Assembly: GCA_964016885.1 (NCBI GenBank)
Contig: OZ024742.1
Span: 353,276,001-353,340,000 of the forward strand
Length of the DNA stretch: 64,000 nucleotides
From: Eledone cirrhosa
Lineage: Eukaryota
Reading direction: 5' to 3'
The notes below the pieces were generated by a model. The model was not told where the DNA came from, searched no databases, and saw nothing but the letters and a program-made list of their open reading frames with translations. Each line of letters begins with the position of its first letter. Position 1 is the first letter of the stretch. Positions 39,677 through 54,414 of this stretch are shown here, piece after piece. A program made the position numbers and the translations under genes.

Positions 39677-39734
<58 letters not shown>

Positions 39735-40730
39735 GGATATAAATTTTTATTTTTAGTTGAATTATTGTACAAGTTTACGTAACTGGTAGTCGTGTGCAAA
39801 AGCAGGGTTGGATATTATTAGATAATTTCGAAATAACGAGAATATTTAAATAGACTATGAAATCAAATTCAACTCCCCTCTTAAGTTTGTTTTATGTATG
39901 AGTACTCAGGCTATCTTAAAATCGTTTTTTCACAAATCATGAAAACATGTGATGAATGTTTGTATTTTGTTTGTATGGAATCTTACGCGGTTATGTGTTA
40001 CACAAATACGTGCATGTATTATACTATTAACATTTAAATAATAACTATGTAATAAACATTTTTTACATAGATATTGGATTATCTATGCTAAGAACATGTG
40101 TTTCTGCACATCGTGGATATTACTAATTCATTTTTGTTTGTATTTCATTAACGATTTTAGGTCTGTCCCAAAGCTTCGAAGGTAATTGTATATTTACAAA
40201 TTATCGCTAGATTACTCGTAGAAAATATATATATTGCATTACTGCGTGGTTCATTAAATAAGACACACGCAAAGTATCGATCTATTTGAAAAGTTTGAAA
40301 AATATCTGCTTAGATTTTGGCATTGTAAATTGCATATTCTAATTGACAGAGAAAAATATGAAAACGAGGTGTTTGAAAATCCAGAGAATATAGTTTCCAT
40401 ATTTATTCAAGTATAATATAGCATGGAACACATGTGAGTAGCATAGGCTCATAACATGCAATATTTTAGGGATATGTCATATTTAATTCAACGCATACAT
40501 TTTCATAAAGATGTATTTCTTTATTTAACATAAAGGCATAAAAAGAAGGGACAAATACAAAGGGGGGGTTTACATAACATCGAGTAAAAAGGGTATAAAA
40601 TGAAAATAATCGAAAACAACCTCAGAAGCGAGGGGACGTGATGGGGGTTGCACACACACCCGAAAAAGTGTGCAATCCTTTGCCCGGGGAGCACATGGAG
40701 AAGGTGCTCCTCTCTCCTTCACTTCTTTAC

Positions 40731-43426
40731 CTACAGGATGGTATACAGAGAAGGCCCATTTACACGAGCCATTCTCGCCACTATCACCCACCTTTCATAA
40801 AACTGCCTGTGGCCAAGCACCTCTCTCCCCATTCTTATCCTTCTTCCGAAGTGATATCGGAAGAAGTAGACCAGACTATGGCCAGAGAGGAAGTTGCCTG
40901 ACCTCAGACCTTTCAATCGTGTCCACCAAACAACCTCTTTCAACATGGCTATTACGCACATAGAAACCGCCTTTGCTTCCTTTGTGAAGAGGGGAGGCGG
41001 CTTGATTGTCATCATGGACTCGGCGGTCAATTGAATCGGCGCCACCCGCGACAGCAGTCGTTCGCCGTAGCCTCACAGATCAGCCACGCCCGGACGTTTC
41101 ACCAATGCGTGCGCAACGGTTTCTTCGTGACGCACGCATCTAGGAAAAACTTTTTCGAGGGATCCCTGCCCGGGCGCCCGTGTCTGTAGAGCCTCTCTCG
41201 AACGGGTAGAGCCCCCGGTAGCACTGCCAGGCTAGTGACTTCTGGAAGTTGTCCATTGGTCTCGGGCCGAAAGTCCTACCGAACAGGCTGGCCAGTTCGT
41301 CCTCTTCCATGTCCAGCGACTCTCCAAGGGTGTCATCGCCCCTGCTAGCCACCAGCCCTCTATAGAATCATGAGGTGGATTCTCCACCGATGGCCTGGCC
41401 CGCTTGCCAGAGAGCCCTGAGCGCCTGGGCACACTCAGTGTGCCAGTCTCCCAGTTTTCTGGATCTTTGCTTGATCCAGGACTGCAGCTCGGTGAGCGAG
41501 ACGAGTCTTGGAAAGGCTTGTTTCACGAACGGAGCCCACACCGGCTGACCAGTGAGGAATACCTGTAGGTGCCGTAGCCTTAATGCGTGCCTACGCATCA
41601 TCAACCACGGCATCCCCAGCCCTCCTTTCGAAGGTTGTTGGCAGCAGATGGATCTTCTCACCATAGGAGGGCGCTTCTTCCAAAGAAATTGGAAGAGCAT
41701 GCGTTCCATGGTGGTGAGTGTTTCCTTAGGGCAAGGCACGACAGTCAGGCGGTAGTAAGTGACGGACGCTATGTAAATGTTCGCTACCTCCGCCCGACCT
41801 TTTAGGGACAGCTTACACTTGGCCCATTTCTGGGTTAGTGCAAACACCTTGTTCGTAACCTCGTCCCAGTTCTTTTCCACCTGGAGGTCCGGTCCAAACC
41901 AGACCTCAAGCAACTTCACCGGGCCCTCCGTCCAGTGTCCGACGACACCGTCGGGAGGCATCGGTCTGTCTCTCCACGTTCCGAGTTGCAGCCCGATGGA
42001 TTTTTCCCGGTTCAGTTTCGCTCCTGATAACCTTTCGTAATCCTCCAGTAAGGTACCGATCACCTCGATCTCCGAGTCGGTCGATACCATTACTATTACG
42101 TCATCGGCGTAGGCCGACACCGCTTTGCTCAATCCTGGTTCCAGGGGGATACCCTGCAACAACTCCAACTTCCTCAGTAAAGGCTCAAGAGTCAATACGT
42201 ACAGAATGGAGGAGAGAGGGCACCCCTGTCGAATGGATCGTGTGATTTCGAACGGCTTCGATAGGTAGCCGTTCACCTTGATCCTAGAACAGATGTAGTT
42301 GCTATGTAAGGCAGTATTCCAGCCTCTGAAAACAGGACCGAACCCAGCCGCCGTTAGCACCGCATCCAGGTAACCATGGTCGAAGGCCTTAGACTGATCC
42401 AGGTTGATCAGGGCCCTACCGAAGCCGGGTTTGTTGCCAACCCTCTCTATGATGTATCGCATGAGGTGGAGGTTATCCTGAATGGACCTGTATGGGATAG
42501 CACATGTCTGCGCATCTCCCACCAGGCCACCCAGGACAAGCGCCAACCTCTTTGCTAACACCTTGGCCAAAATCTGTAACTCTGTGTTTAGCAGGGTTAT
42601 GGGCCGAACACTATTTATCTCCCTTGTTCTCGTCCTTCCTCACCAGCGAGACTACGCCCTAAGTCTCTTTTGCCGGTAGAGACAAATTAAGTTTCCAGTA
42701 ACCGGGACCCTGTTTATGTGTTTTCTCGAGATTGACTACGCAGGTCACTAATTTGTGATCCGTATAGCCAACCGTGAGCATTTCTGGACATCTTAATATA
42801 CTTACGTCTAACTAAGAATCTATCTAATTACGATCTAGATTGACCACTATGGTTCGTCCAAGTCCAGGTTGGCACAGTTGGAAAATCTAGTCGATATCTA
42901 TCGACCAAGTTAAAACGGTCGAGTAACCCCTTGAGGCTGTTACACCCCCCTCTATTAGGACATGCTCCTGCATAGTCCCAACATGCATCTAGGATGTCAT
43001 TCCAATACCCCGCTAGAAGCAGGGAACGCGACGTTCCCAGAAAAGTCTCCAAACGCTGGAAGAAGTCGGGCCGTTCAGCTCCGAAAGGGTAGTAGACGGC
43101 GACCAGTCTCAAGGCCACACCTTCACTACTGCCAACGTCTAGCACCAACAAACGACCCTCCGGGTCCGAGTGAACAACCTGTACCGCGAGACCCAGGTGT
43201 GTTTCCAGCAGTACGACTACCCCACCCCCACCTCCATGTTGACAGAGAGATGCATGCACCGCAAAGTCATCGAAGGTAGGGGCCAGCTGCCGCACGATGC
43301 TGATCCGAGTCTCACAGATAACCATTACATTTATACCTCGTGACCTGAGGTCATTTAGAAGATTTGGTTGCTTCCAAGTTGAGCCCGGCCACATGCATTC
43401 AAACATCCTACTCTTAACACATCCAT
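40731..43426 (-). pseudogene. Disrupted ORF2 (EN-RT) with large internal deletion
   Basis: MDVLRVGCLN start; GPGYWKLN joined directly to GVVSLVRKD near 42660; RQGCPLS; YADD. Confidence 0.9.
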
Positions 43427-43459
43427 GTGGGCGGCAAAGCCAAAGGAGAGTGTAGAGAC

Positions 43460-45363
43460 CTACCTTTCTGCCTCCCGGGGTTCGGGTCGCACGACTTCCA
43501 TGGGGTCGGGGGTGTTGGGTGAAGGGGTGTCTTGTGGTGGTGTGGAGTCGTCAGTGTGTGGTGGGGTTGGGGTGTTTGGAGTTGGGTTGGGGAGGGGAAG
43601 GGAAGGGGGAAAGCTTTTTAGTAGGACGCGGTTTATGGGTTTGACAGAGGTTGGTCCTACGTCCTCCTTAAAATCCTTTTTTAGTTTTTGGTAGAGGTTC
43701 ATTGGGATCTTTATTAATTTTAAATGTGGGTAGTTTTGTGAAGAAACAAATTTTACACTTTCGGTTTGTACCGAAGGATTATTGTTTATGAGTTCATTTA
43801 ATTTATTATTGTTTCTGTTGATGTAAGTATAGTGTAATGTCTTTTTTTCGGATGGTGTGCGTGTTTCAAAGAGGGGAGGGGCAGGTTTGGTTTTGTTTGT
43901 TGCTGGAGGCGTGATTTGTGTTTTGTTGGATTGTGTTGACATTTGGGAGGGGGTTGTTTGGCCTTGTGTGTTTTGCACATGTTTTCATTTTTTGCTTTTA
44001 ATCTGACTGAAGGACTCCGTTTCTTCCTCCGAATTCGTTAGATTGTATTCAGTGTTGGAGGGAAGAGGTATGTTTGTTGGTAATGTTTCCGTGTTGGTTT
44101 TCCTTGTGGGGGAGATGGTTGTCACTATGTTAGACTGTATTGTGTGTTGTGGCTGCAGTGGTTGTGTTGTTTTATTGAGTGAGGGGTTGGGTGGGACTGT
44201 GTTTTTTTGGGGGTAATGTGTTGTGACTCTTTGTGTTGTGGTGGTGGTGTAGTTTTTCTGAGGGACGGGTTGGGTGGGACAGAGTTTTGTTGTTTGTTTA
44301 TCTGTTGTGGTGGTGGTGGAGCTGGTGTTGGTAGCAGGGTTTTCTTTTTGTTGAGTTGGGGACAAGCCGCCTTCAGGTGCCCTCTGCCTGCACATATATG
44401 GCAGGACGGCCTTCTCCCCTCCACGCTAATGTTTATATACCCGTGGCCCTCTAATAGGATTCTGTCGGGTATTTGGGCGATGCGTTCAGGCTTCATTTGC
44501 ACTACAAGTTCTATACCTGTTCCACTGAACGCATTGCCTGTGATTTTCCCAATGGAAATCACGTTGTCATTCGCTGGATCGATAAGGCCAGCTGTGAGCC
44601 AGCAGTAGTTCACATCTGGCATCATTGCATCCAGCCATATGCGCTGAATTCTTTTACCCATATAAGATGGATAAAAGGTAAAATTTGTCGAACGAATCGG
44701 CTACAATGCACATTTTTTGCCGCCGATTCGTTCTTCATAATAATCGCTAGGCTTCCATACACTATGTCTCTTCTTATGAAAGTGGTTTCATTAAGTACTT
44801 CTGTAAGTACTGCTTTTATTTCTGTTTGTGTTGGCTGTTGAGGTTTTTTAGAAATGTTGTTGATGGTGCGGAAATCGACCGTCCGACTTTCAATGTCTTT
44901 GGTGAGTTCTTGAGTCATTTTTACCGATAAAATACCATTTTCCCCTTGAGTTATGTATTGTTTGGCGTTTAAAATTCTTTGTGCCACATCTGAAATATTT
45001 TCAGGTATATATGTCAAAGATTTCTTTGTTGTCTGTGCTAATGAAATATTATTGGTGTTGACTTTGTCGTCTGCTTTGCTTTCTGTTATGATGTTGTTTT
45101 CAAATGTTATTTTTGTGTTTGTTGTGTCTTTGTGTGTGGTATTAATATTGTCATGCAATTTTTCAAATTTTTTTTTTGTTGTTGGAATCAATGTCCAGAT
45201 TTGTGTTTTCGTCATTTTTCTCCGCACATTCGTCTGTTTTTCTTTTATTTTTTCTTTCCTTCTCTATGACGTTAGTTGGGAAGGAAGAGGGGACTAAAGC
45301 GTGCGAGCTTACAACTCTTACCGCTGTCCCACCACCAATATTTTCGTTAGCTTCGTTTAACAT
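43460..45363 (-). pseudogene. Frameshifted ORF1 with CCHC knuckle
   Basis: ISVEGRRPSCHICAGRGHLKAAC; Pro/Thr-rich C-terminus. Confidence 0.82.
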
Positions 45364-45697
45364 TTCTGTCAGACGATTGAATTTTTTATGTCACAACATT
45401 TTTAAAACAGGTTTTTCACCCCTGGGAGGCGCGAAGATGAGCTGACCCACCGCCTGACAGTTCAGACGGGGGGTCAAGCTACATAATAGTATCAAAATTA
45501 AAATTGAACTTACAAAATTTCCGCAATAAATTGGAACAAAACTTCTGCGCGAAGTGAATTACATCTACGCTGTAGAACAGACGACAGCTAGATTATACAT
45601 TTTCATAAAGATGATGTTCCAAACAGAACCATAATATTATCTCCTAGCCAAGAAGTTTTCAATGGAATTGTTGATGCAAGCAACAGCGCAATTTATA

Positions 45698-45794
<97 letters not shown>

Positions 45795-47540
45795 TTATTT
45801 ATTTATTTATATATATATACAGGCTACCCATTTACAGATTATTGTGTTGCAAAATAGTCATATTTACAATAACCAGATTTGTTGTCACTTCAAACACAAC
45901 TCACTTGATAATCGATCATAATATCGTTTCAATCATTATCCATATTCATATGAGAGAAATGCATAAAACTCCAACTTGACATGGTGTATATGCTATGTAT
46001 CTGAAAGTAGCGCACATTTGGAAGATATCTGAAAACCAAATCAGAGTTGGTAATGCGTCAGTGAACAAGAACTTTATAATGTTTACTGCACTTTATTTTG
46101 GGATTATTTTTTGCATTGCCGTATAATGAGCTCGTAAAGAAAGCTTTCATATTTAGAGTTATTATTGGGATTACAGAAAATAGAATAACTTGCTGAATAG
46201 AGATTTCATATTACTGATACTGAATAATAGAAGTATGCTTCTGGAGAGAGGATTTCATATTTCAAATAGATTTTTAAACTATGCATTTTCTCTAGATCAA
46301 TATTCCGGATATTCTCCAGAAACTGATTAAGAAATATAGCGAGAAACCTGTGGTTTTCTCGGTGTAATATGCTATAATTTATTGCCAATGTCATATATTA
46401 TTTTATACCTATGTATGACTGCACCTATGCTGCGTGATCAATTAGATTCCGTTTCTCACGATAAATGAAGATAAAATAATTAAAATGACATATGCCACAA
46501 CCCCAAATATAAATTTGTAAAAATGACTAAGAATGTAGTAATATGACCTACTAAATTATTTTCACGTTCCCTGTGCACACATATAAGATTATAACACTTT
46601 CATCAAACATATATACGTCAAATATAATATCACATTACCAAGAGGACATACAGCAGCTTATAGTTATGAAATAACCAATTATGGAGCTCATGTATTACTT
46701 TATATCGGAGATATTAGGAAATAAGTTGATTGGTATCAATCATTAATGCTAAACCGATCAATATTAATAATATGCGATCTATTACTTAGGTTATGATGAT
46801 ATGCTGATATGAAATGTGAGTCGTCACGCAAGTCAAGTTCATTACTTAAAATATTTCTTCTAATATTTTAGAATGTATATGTCAACTGATTAAATTACGT
46901 AAACGCTGAACGAATCACCGTAGATGTCAATTATGCCTTGCACCTTTTCCAAAATTATGATATGAAAACTAAAATTTAATTAATCTACATCCCACATATA
47001 TTGCAGTAAATTCAATTATATATGCTTCTCCTAATAAAATGTACCACTTTTTAATTATTTGGGGATGCGGATTTGATTGCCGTTGTTGCCGGTGATGCTG
47101 TTGCTGGTATTGGTGTTGGCGTTTGTTTTGGTGGTGTGGGTGTTTGTACTATCATTGCCACAGTGCTGGTGGGGAAATACTTTCCCCGTCTTATGATACA
47201 GAAATCTGATTTTCAAGCTATAAATCACTACTAATTTAGTTTCGTTCATGTTTCACTAGAAGACGATTCTATTCAAACCTAATGATATAGAAAGCTCTAT
47301 TTCATTGATATATATTTCATATCTCATGTTGATTATCAAAGATCGATTTGCCAACGGGATACCCCCATTTTGCTACTATTTAATTGCATCTAGATCCGAA
47401 TTTCTAGAATGCTATCGTTACATGTTTCTCTTAATATAAAATATTAAATACAACATTCATGTAAATACTTGTATTATATTTTCTAAAAACGGAAACATAA
47501 TGATAATTCAATTGAACATTACTTTTCAACAACGCACTTA

Positions 47541-49259
47541 ATTGAATATTCTAAATTTATGGAACACGTCCATCTACGTAACTGTCATAATTCATAGCAG
47601 TAGATTCCTTCATAAAGAATCTCAAATATTAACAGGTATCGTGCTATACTCTCTCTAATATTAGATAATCTCAGTAAACCTATGGCACTTAATCCGAATA
47701 TGTGTCATTCTAGATTAATAAACATTTGAATACGTTTAAATTATTCGTAATCTTTTATGACGGCTCATTACAACTACAATCTACCTTACACTTCAATGAA
47801 ATACATTAAATTATACCTAATGAAATAACTAACAGACATAACTATTATGAAGCGACGTATGGAGAAGTATTTTAAAAAATGTAATTGAATTTGTACTCTA
47901 GAAAAGTATCCAGTACTCCTGATGACCTGAAGATATTAAAATATTTGTATGATAATGCATATTTTCTGGAGTGTAACTGCATGATTATAAATATATTATC
48001 TAACGTAATAAATGTATTTTTAAATTTCAATTTGTTTTCTGGCCTTCCCCATTTCCCTCATGATATAAATGTCCTTGGAACCACCCATGTAATTTGCAGA
48101 TCTTTGCATTTTCGTTAAAATTACAAGCTTCAGCATTGCACCTGCTTGAAATGCTTCAGAGGGGAATGTTAAATGAATTTCGACATTCATTATTCTGCCG
48201 TCACAAAACGATATGGTGCATTCCATCACCAAGTTATTTTGTTTATTTCTATATATATGTCCTCTTTGCTTACTCATTGTTCTATGTCATGTCATTACAC
48301 CATAATATCTGAGTTTCAGTTTTTTATTTCTGTAATTATATCCGCGCTCAAATACTGCCGTTGTTTGAGAACTGTTGGAGAATGTTCTCTCGCTTCCATT
48401 TTAAATGTCAGTGACAACACATGTGCTCTTAAATTTGTACGTGGAATATTATTCGGCTCCCAATTTTCATATACTCGTTTTAGTTTGTCTCAGATAGTGA
48501 GTGAAATTATTTTAATATCACTTATTTGCCGGAGAGAAAGTATTATCTTTTTCTTTCCATATTTGAGCATGAAATCAAATCATGCGTATCACAACTAGCA
48601 TTTGTTATCTTCACAAATACAATCCAATTATTTTGATTCTTGTGTTATTATATATCCATCCGTTCAATACAAAGAAACAGACAAATACTCACTCTTATAC
48701 ACATATATATAATTATTTATTTGTATATTTATATATTTAAATATACTTACATATGTTCTGAGCCTACCATAAGAAACTGATAGGAATCTATGTAATCAAT
48801 GGCATTGCTACAGTGATTTATTGGGTGCAGCCATGCAGTTTCTGAACTGGGGAGAAATAATTATCAATATATGCAGGAAGATGTATATTGGTAGTCCTAT
48901 AGGTGATAAGTTTAGATTAAATAAATAAAATCTAAAATATGCATAAAAATAACAAAGATAAATAGGAATTATGGAAAAGAATATGTATGAGTGTGTGCTT
49001 ATGTTTGCGTGTGATTGTGGGTGTGTGGCAATATGTTTTGGTACATGCATGTGTTTATACACGTGTGTGTTCAAAAGCCGGTGAGTGTGTCTATGTATGC
49101 GTGTCTGTTGGGATTGAATATTCTAAATTTGAGGAACACGTCCATCTACGTAACTGTCATAATTCATAGCAGTAGATTTCTTCATAAAGAATCTCACATA
49201 TAAACAGGTATCGTGCTATACTCTCTCTAATATTAGATAATCTCAGAAAACCTATGACA
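47541..49259. repeat. Pair of about 147-bp direct repeats 1572 bp apart
   Basis: 47541-47687 matches 49113-49259 with few mismatches. Confidence 0.85.
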
Positions 49260-49786
49260 TATTACTAAACAGTGTAATACACATTGTTGATGATCAAAGC
49301 TGCTGTTAAACAATTATATGAATTTACATAGTATGATTGAAAATATCGTATTTTGACAGAAAACAAATGTCCAAATTGGATTTTTATTACGGACTTTGTT
49401 TCAAATAAATATATTTCCTGGCGTAAGTAATACTATTGTAATTCAGGATTAATTTCATATGGATTTTACCCCACCGCCCAGTTACCTTACTGACATAACT
49501 GCTAATATGATAATAGACCTCACAAAATTAAACGCTAATTAAAGGAAAATTTTCAACACCATGTAAGAATGGATATTCTATTTCACTTTAATTGAGATAG
49601 ATCCATTTGTAATATATGGTTTTAGTCATTAATGCACCTGAACTAAGGAAATAATATTCTTTTTTTTATTTCATTCAATAACAAGATACCAGACTTCACT
49701 TGCTTACCAAGAGAGGAGGAACTTGTCAAATAAGACATATGAAACAACGTGTTCATTGGTCTTTCTACCAGATGCAACTTATGGCT

Positions 49787-49880
49787 GGAAGAGCAACATG
49801 AAATAAAGTGTCCAGCTTAATGACATAACGCATGATTAGGTCTGGAATTGAACTCGCAACATCACGATACCGAATGCCTT
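49787..49880 (-). mobile_element. Degenerate SINE of a second family
   Basis: GAGCAACATGAAATAAAGTGTC...GGAATTGAACTCGCAAC (B-box complement). Confidence 0.45.
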
Positions 49881-50012
49881 CAGCATAAAATAATGTTTCA
49901 TTTTACTCTCTAAATTTTATTTGCATAATGCAGCATAACATGTTTGTTGTTACGATATTTGTGTCTTATTCTGTTCTGCAGGCATTAGAACCGACTTGAA
50001 AGGCGGGTTTAT

Positions 50013-50430
50013 AACAAAAGAACAAATAATTGTTTCTTCTTTTTGGCACAAGGCCAGCAATTATACCAGTGTATTACTGGTACTTTATTTTATCGACCCC
50101 GTAAGGATGAAAGGCAAAGATAACCTCGGCGGGATTTGAACGCAAACCGTAAAGGGACGTAACTATGCTGCAACGCATGGCGTCCGACCCTCTACCGATT
50201 CTGCCAATCAACCCAACAAAAGAATAAATAATTGTTTCTACTTTAGGCACAAGGCCAGCAATTACCCAGTGCATTACTGGTACTTTATATTATCGACCCC
50301 GTAAGGATGAAAGTGTAAGTCAACCTCGGCGTGATTTGAACTCAGATCGTAATGGGACGTAACTATGCTGGAAAGCATGGCGTCCGACCCTCTATTGATA
50401 CTGCCAATCCACCACACAAGAACAAATAAT
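50013..50430 (-). mobile_element. Tandem SINE dimer
   Basis: Two full copies punctuated by AAGAA(C/T)AAATAAT near 50018, 50220 and 50418. Confidence 0.9.
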
Positions 50431-50448
50431 GTATACTATTCTCTTGAC

Positions 50449-52972
50449 CAGAGGTCCGCAACCTTTTCAGTTCGCGGGCCGGATAGCTATGCAGCAGCGG
50501 TTCCGTGAGCCGGATGCGCAATTAATACTACTTATATACAAATACGTAACATTTATTTATCCCTTATTTTAGATTTGAAACAAAACTCAACATTAATGCT
50601 TAGAGCTGTTCCAAGCAGAAAAATACATTTAAATATTTTTTCTTCGGCAATATCGATAGATCCGGTGCGAATTTATTGCAAATTTACCCTTTTTAATACT
50701 GATGTACCACGAAATAATAAATTGAATAACTCAAAACACCAATCCTCCGGTATAATGAAAGCCATTAAGGAAAATTATGTTTTAATGAGAAATCTGTTTC
50801 TATTTATCATTTGACAATTTTTCAATATCAGATGAAATCGTTGTTGATGGCAGAAGCAAGAGATCATCCAAGTGGTCGTCCCGTAATCTTGTTCTAAATC
50901 AATTTTTCGTGAACTTCATCTTCGAAAATAGTGGTTCGCAGGAATACGTACTTCCAAATAATGACGCCATCATTGTTGCATTATACAGGAGGCTTGGATA
51001 CTTTCCAGTTGGAAGTAAATAATTCTTGTAGAATTCAGTGATACTTTCAACTTGAAATTTTGACTCTAAGAAATGATGTAAGTCTATGAGGTCTAACTGA
51101 TATTTATCTTCGACTATTTCTGCTTCTGTTTCAAAGGGTGAAGTAAATAGTTTCCATTGGGTTTCATGCTGTCGGAAGTCGGCAAATCGGGAAGAAAACT
51201 CATTTCTCAAATCTTGAATGGCCTTCACAAAATTATCTTGAGTAATGTCGTCTGTATGATTTTAGAGATTCGGAAAATCACAGATATTAACTTTCTGTAA
51301 ATGCAAATCCCACAATTGCAGTTTACGTTCAAACGCTGTGACGTGGCCGAACTAATCATACATTAACTTATTTTGTCCTTGAAGTTCAAGATTCAATGAA
51401 TTCAAGTAATTTGTCACGTCGCTAGATAAGCGATCCATTTTGGATCGGTTATGTGTATTGCACCTTGTCCTTTTATCTCCAAAAAATGGACAATGTCTTC
51501 CCGCAACACACAAACGCTCTGCAGCATTTTGCAACATCTGTGCGATCGGATTTAGGAAATAAGTTAAATCACCATATTCTGCTTCAACCTGTTTGAAGAA
51601 CTCCTGAAATTGGCGATGTTTAAGCCGTCTTGAACGGATGAAATTAACTATTTTCACAACCTCTGTCATAATATCTTTGAACTCCAATGACTTTGCTCAA
51701 AGAGCGTCCTGATGGATAATGCAATGGCGCCTGATTAATTGCCGATGGCGTCCAATATGCTCTTGAAGTAGCGTAACGAACCCCTTTTGGTCCTCGATCA
51801 TCGCTGGTGCCCCATCGGTAGTTACGCCAAATAGTTTTGATAAATCAATATTATTCTTGCTTGCCCATTGGATAATTTTCATGAAAATATCGGCGCCTGT
51901 AGTCGCGTCCTTCATGGGAATTAACTGTGCCAATACTTCAACGATATCAAACGTTGCTGTAACATCCCTTACACATGCAGCTAACTGATAGGTATCAGTC
52001 ATATCGGTTGTTTAGTGAAATAGCCATTGTGAAGTACTCACGTTTGTTCAACATATCCACTTGTAAATATCTGATATTTTGTGCCAGTTCTTCGAGTCGC
52101 CTTGATACGGTTGTAGCTGATAAGCTGATTGAGGAAAATATGTCAATTTTTTTCTGGACTTACAGTATGAACAACTTTCATCAGGCAGTCTTTAATAAAA
52201 TCAGAAAATGGTTTCAGTCTCTTTCTCTGCTACTATTTTCGAGACCTCAAAGCTAACTTGTGCAGTCCTTCCTGTTTCGTTAACCTTCTTAGTAATAAAC
52301 GTTGTTTGTTTTGTGAAACATCTTTTCAGACGGTCAACTTCCTTTTCTTGAGCCGCACCAATTAAATTGTTATAATGATTATGACGAGTTTCATAATGCC
52401 GCTTGATATTGGAAACTTTCTTCACGGTAATATTTTCTTGACAAATGAAACAAATACATTTGCTTTGGTGCTCTATGAAAAAGAAGGCAAGTGTCCATCT
52501 TAATTAAAATGTTGGCCCTCAAAATCCACTTTTCTTTTCTTGTTTTCCATTTTTTGTTATAAGTCAAGAGATGCAGGATCCTGTAAAGAAGGCAACATGT
52601 ATGAATAAGAATGATTGAGATCGCCAAACACAATGTGAAAAGTGATTGTAGACAAGGCGTTGATGTATGGATGCTAGATAGGCTGTGCATGCGCTGTAGT
52701 TGTTTCATTTCACCAAATATAAGATGCCGTACACCAGCGCAGCTGTGTTGTGACATACGCAAACAATAGTATCAATTCATTGGCGTTACCGCATATGCGT
52801 CTGGAAAACATAGACAGATAGTTAATGACGAAATACTGCTGAATTCTGGAGTGTGATTTGAGATAAATGAAATCTTCAAATTTACAAATTCCCATAGAAC
52901 CCACGCAGGCAGGATAAAGGCCTTCGTGGGCCGCATCGAAACCCCTTGCGAGCTGGGGGATGGGGACCACTG
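50449..52972 (-). mobile_element. hAT (Charlie/SPIN-like) DNA transposon with decayed transposase
   Basis: TIRs CAGAGGTCCGCA / CAGTGGTCCCCA; 8-bp TSD CTCTTGAC / TTCTAGAC; motifs NIKRHYETRH, TTDGAPAM, HCIIHQ, VNFIRSR.LKHRQF, LNLELQG, SLFGSTYSCE.LFS.MK. Confidence 0.93.
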
Positions 52973-54355
52973 TTCTAGACTAATGTATAGGAATTTAATT
53001 AAGATATGATATTTCAGAACATCGTTAATTTTATGTTAACCCATTTTATAAACATTCATGTAGATTATTTATGAATTATATAATTCCTTCTATGTATAGT
53101 GATATACTCTATTAATCTTATGTGTCTAATTATATTTCAATAACAAACTCGCTAAATATTATGCTACTATAAAACTGTTTTCCTTACGAAGGACTAGATA
53201 GAGTCTGTTATCCACTTTTGTTTTGGTTTCTCGATCCGAATCCTTTAGTCTGGAAAGAATAGTTAGATTGTTTGAAATCAAATTATTAGCCATTTATTTC
53301 GTTAAAAAGTTTATGTAAATCTATATACATATAAACAATCGTACTTACACAAGCGCGCCATAAACATAGACACTGAGTCTATACAATAATATATATACAT
53401 GTGTGTGTGTATGTGTGTGTGTATATGTGCATGTGTGTGAGTGTGAGTGTGTGTGCGTGTCTGTGTGTGTGTGTGCATTATACGTTTGAAGATATAATAG
53501 ATAAATGTTACCAAAATTCCTCTAGTCCTGACTGTCGACAGTTTTGCTAGCATTTTGTGGAAATGTTTAATCGTTGCATTATCACGTTGCTAGTAGTCAA
53601 TATATGTAAGTGTAAGTGAATATATATATATACTTACGTTTTTTGAGATATTCACTTCTGCGTTCATAGATTGACTTTGTTAGTTTCAGAAGATCCCATT
53701 AAGGGTGAAAGCAGCGATTCTTTGCTTAACTTTAATCTGTTATTTTAATAAATATATATATAGAGAGAGAGAGATTAAATATATATATATATGTGTGTGT
53801 GGGTGTGTGTGTGTATGTATGTATGTGTGTCTCTGTGTGTGCATACATATGTATGTATGTGTGTATGCATGTAGGTATGCATGTAGGTATGCGCATGTAT
53901 GTATATGTTTATGTATATATATATATATATATACATATACATTTGTTTATATGTATATATAAGTGTATTTATTTCATGTTGAAATGCTACAACTTTCAAA
54001 TACTATCCACAACCAGATAATCCCTATTTTTTAAAATTCTTTGACAAAAACATGAAATGATGTTTACTGACACTTTAAACTAGCTCCGGATCGTCCAACC
54101 GTGACACACCCCACAAACCCCTGCTTCCTACGTTAACAAAAACAAGTTTTTGACTGATCGATACACATTCTAAAATGCGCCCACAGAAACGAATCCTAAA
54201 TTGGTCCCGCGCTCACGTAATCACGCTCATGAATACCGGTGAATACACAGCCGCATTGCCGTCCCATCAACTACACCAACATGCACACAAACCTCCACAC
54301 ACATAAAATAGGGCCCATGACTATATATTTTTGGTGCGATAATTGGGCCGAGAAG

Positions 54356-54414
<59 letters not shown>

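Larger units (their letters stand above)
36080..39677 (+). mobile_element. Penelope-like element with inverted 5' pLTR (36080-36302), 3' pLTR (39290-39509) and tail, inserted in (TA)n
   Basis: About 220-bp inverted repeats with hammerheads; RT and GIY-YIG remnants between them; (TA)n on both sides. Confidence 0.92.
40514..45594 (-). mobile_element. Tx1/L1-clade LINE of a second, diverged family, with 19-bp TSD
   Basis: TSD ATACATTTTCATAAAGATG at 40495-40513 and 45595-45613; ORF1 and ORF2 remnants homologous to copies 1 and 2. Confidence 0.95.

Noticed and set aside
47050-47400. Possible ancient PLE thumb/linker fragment on the minus strand (GYP, Asn/Thr-rich)
   Set aside because: Low-complexity similarity only.
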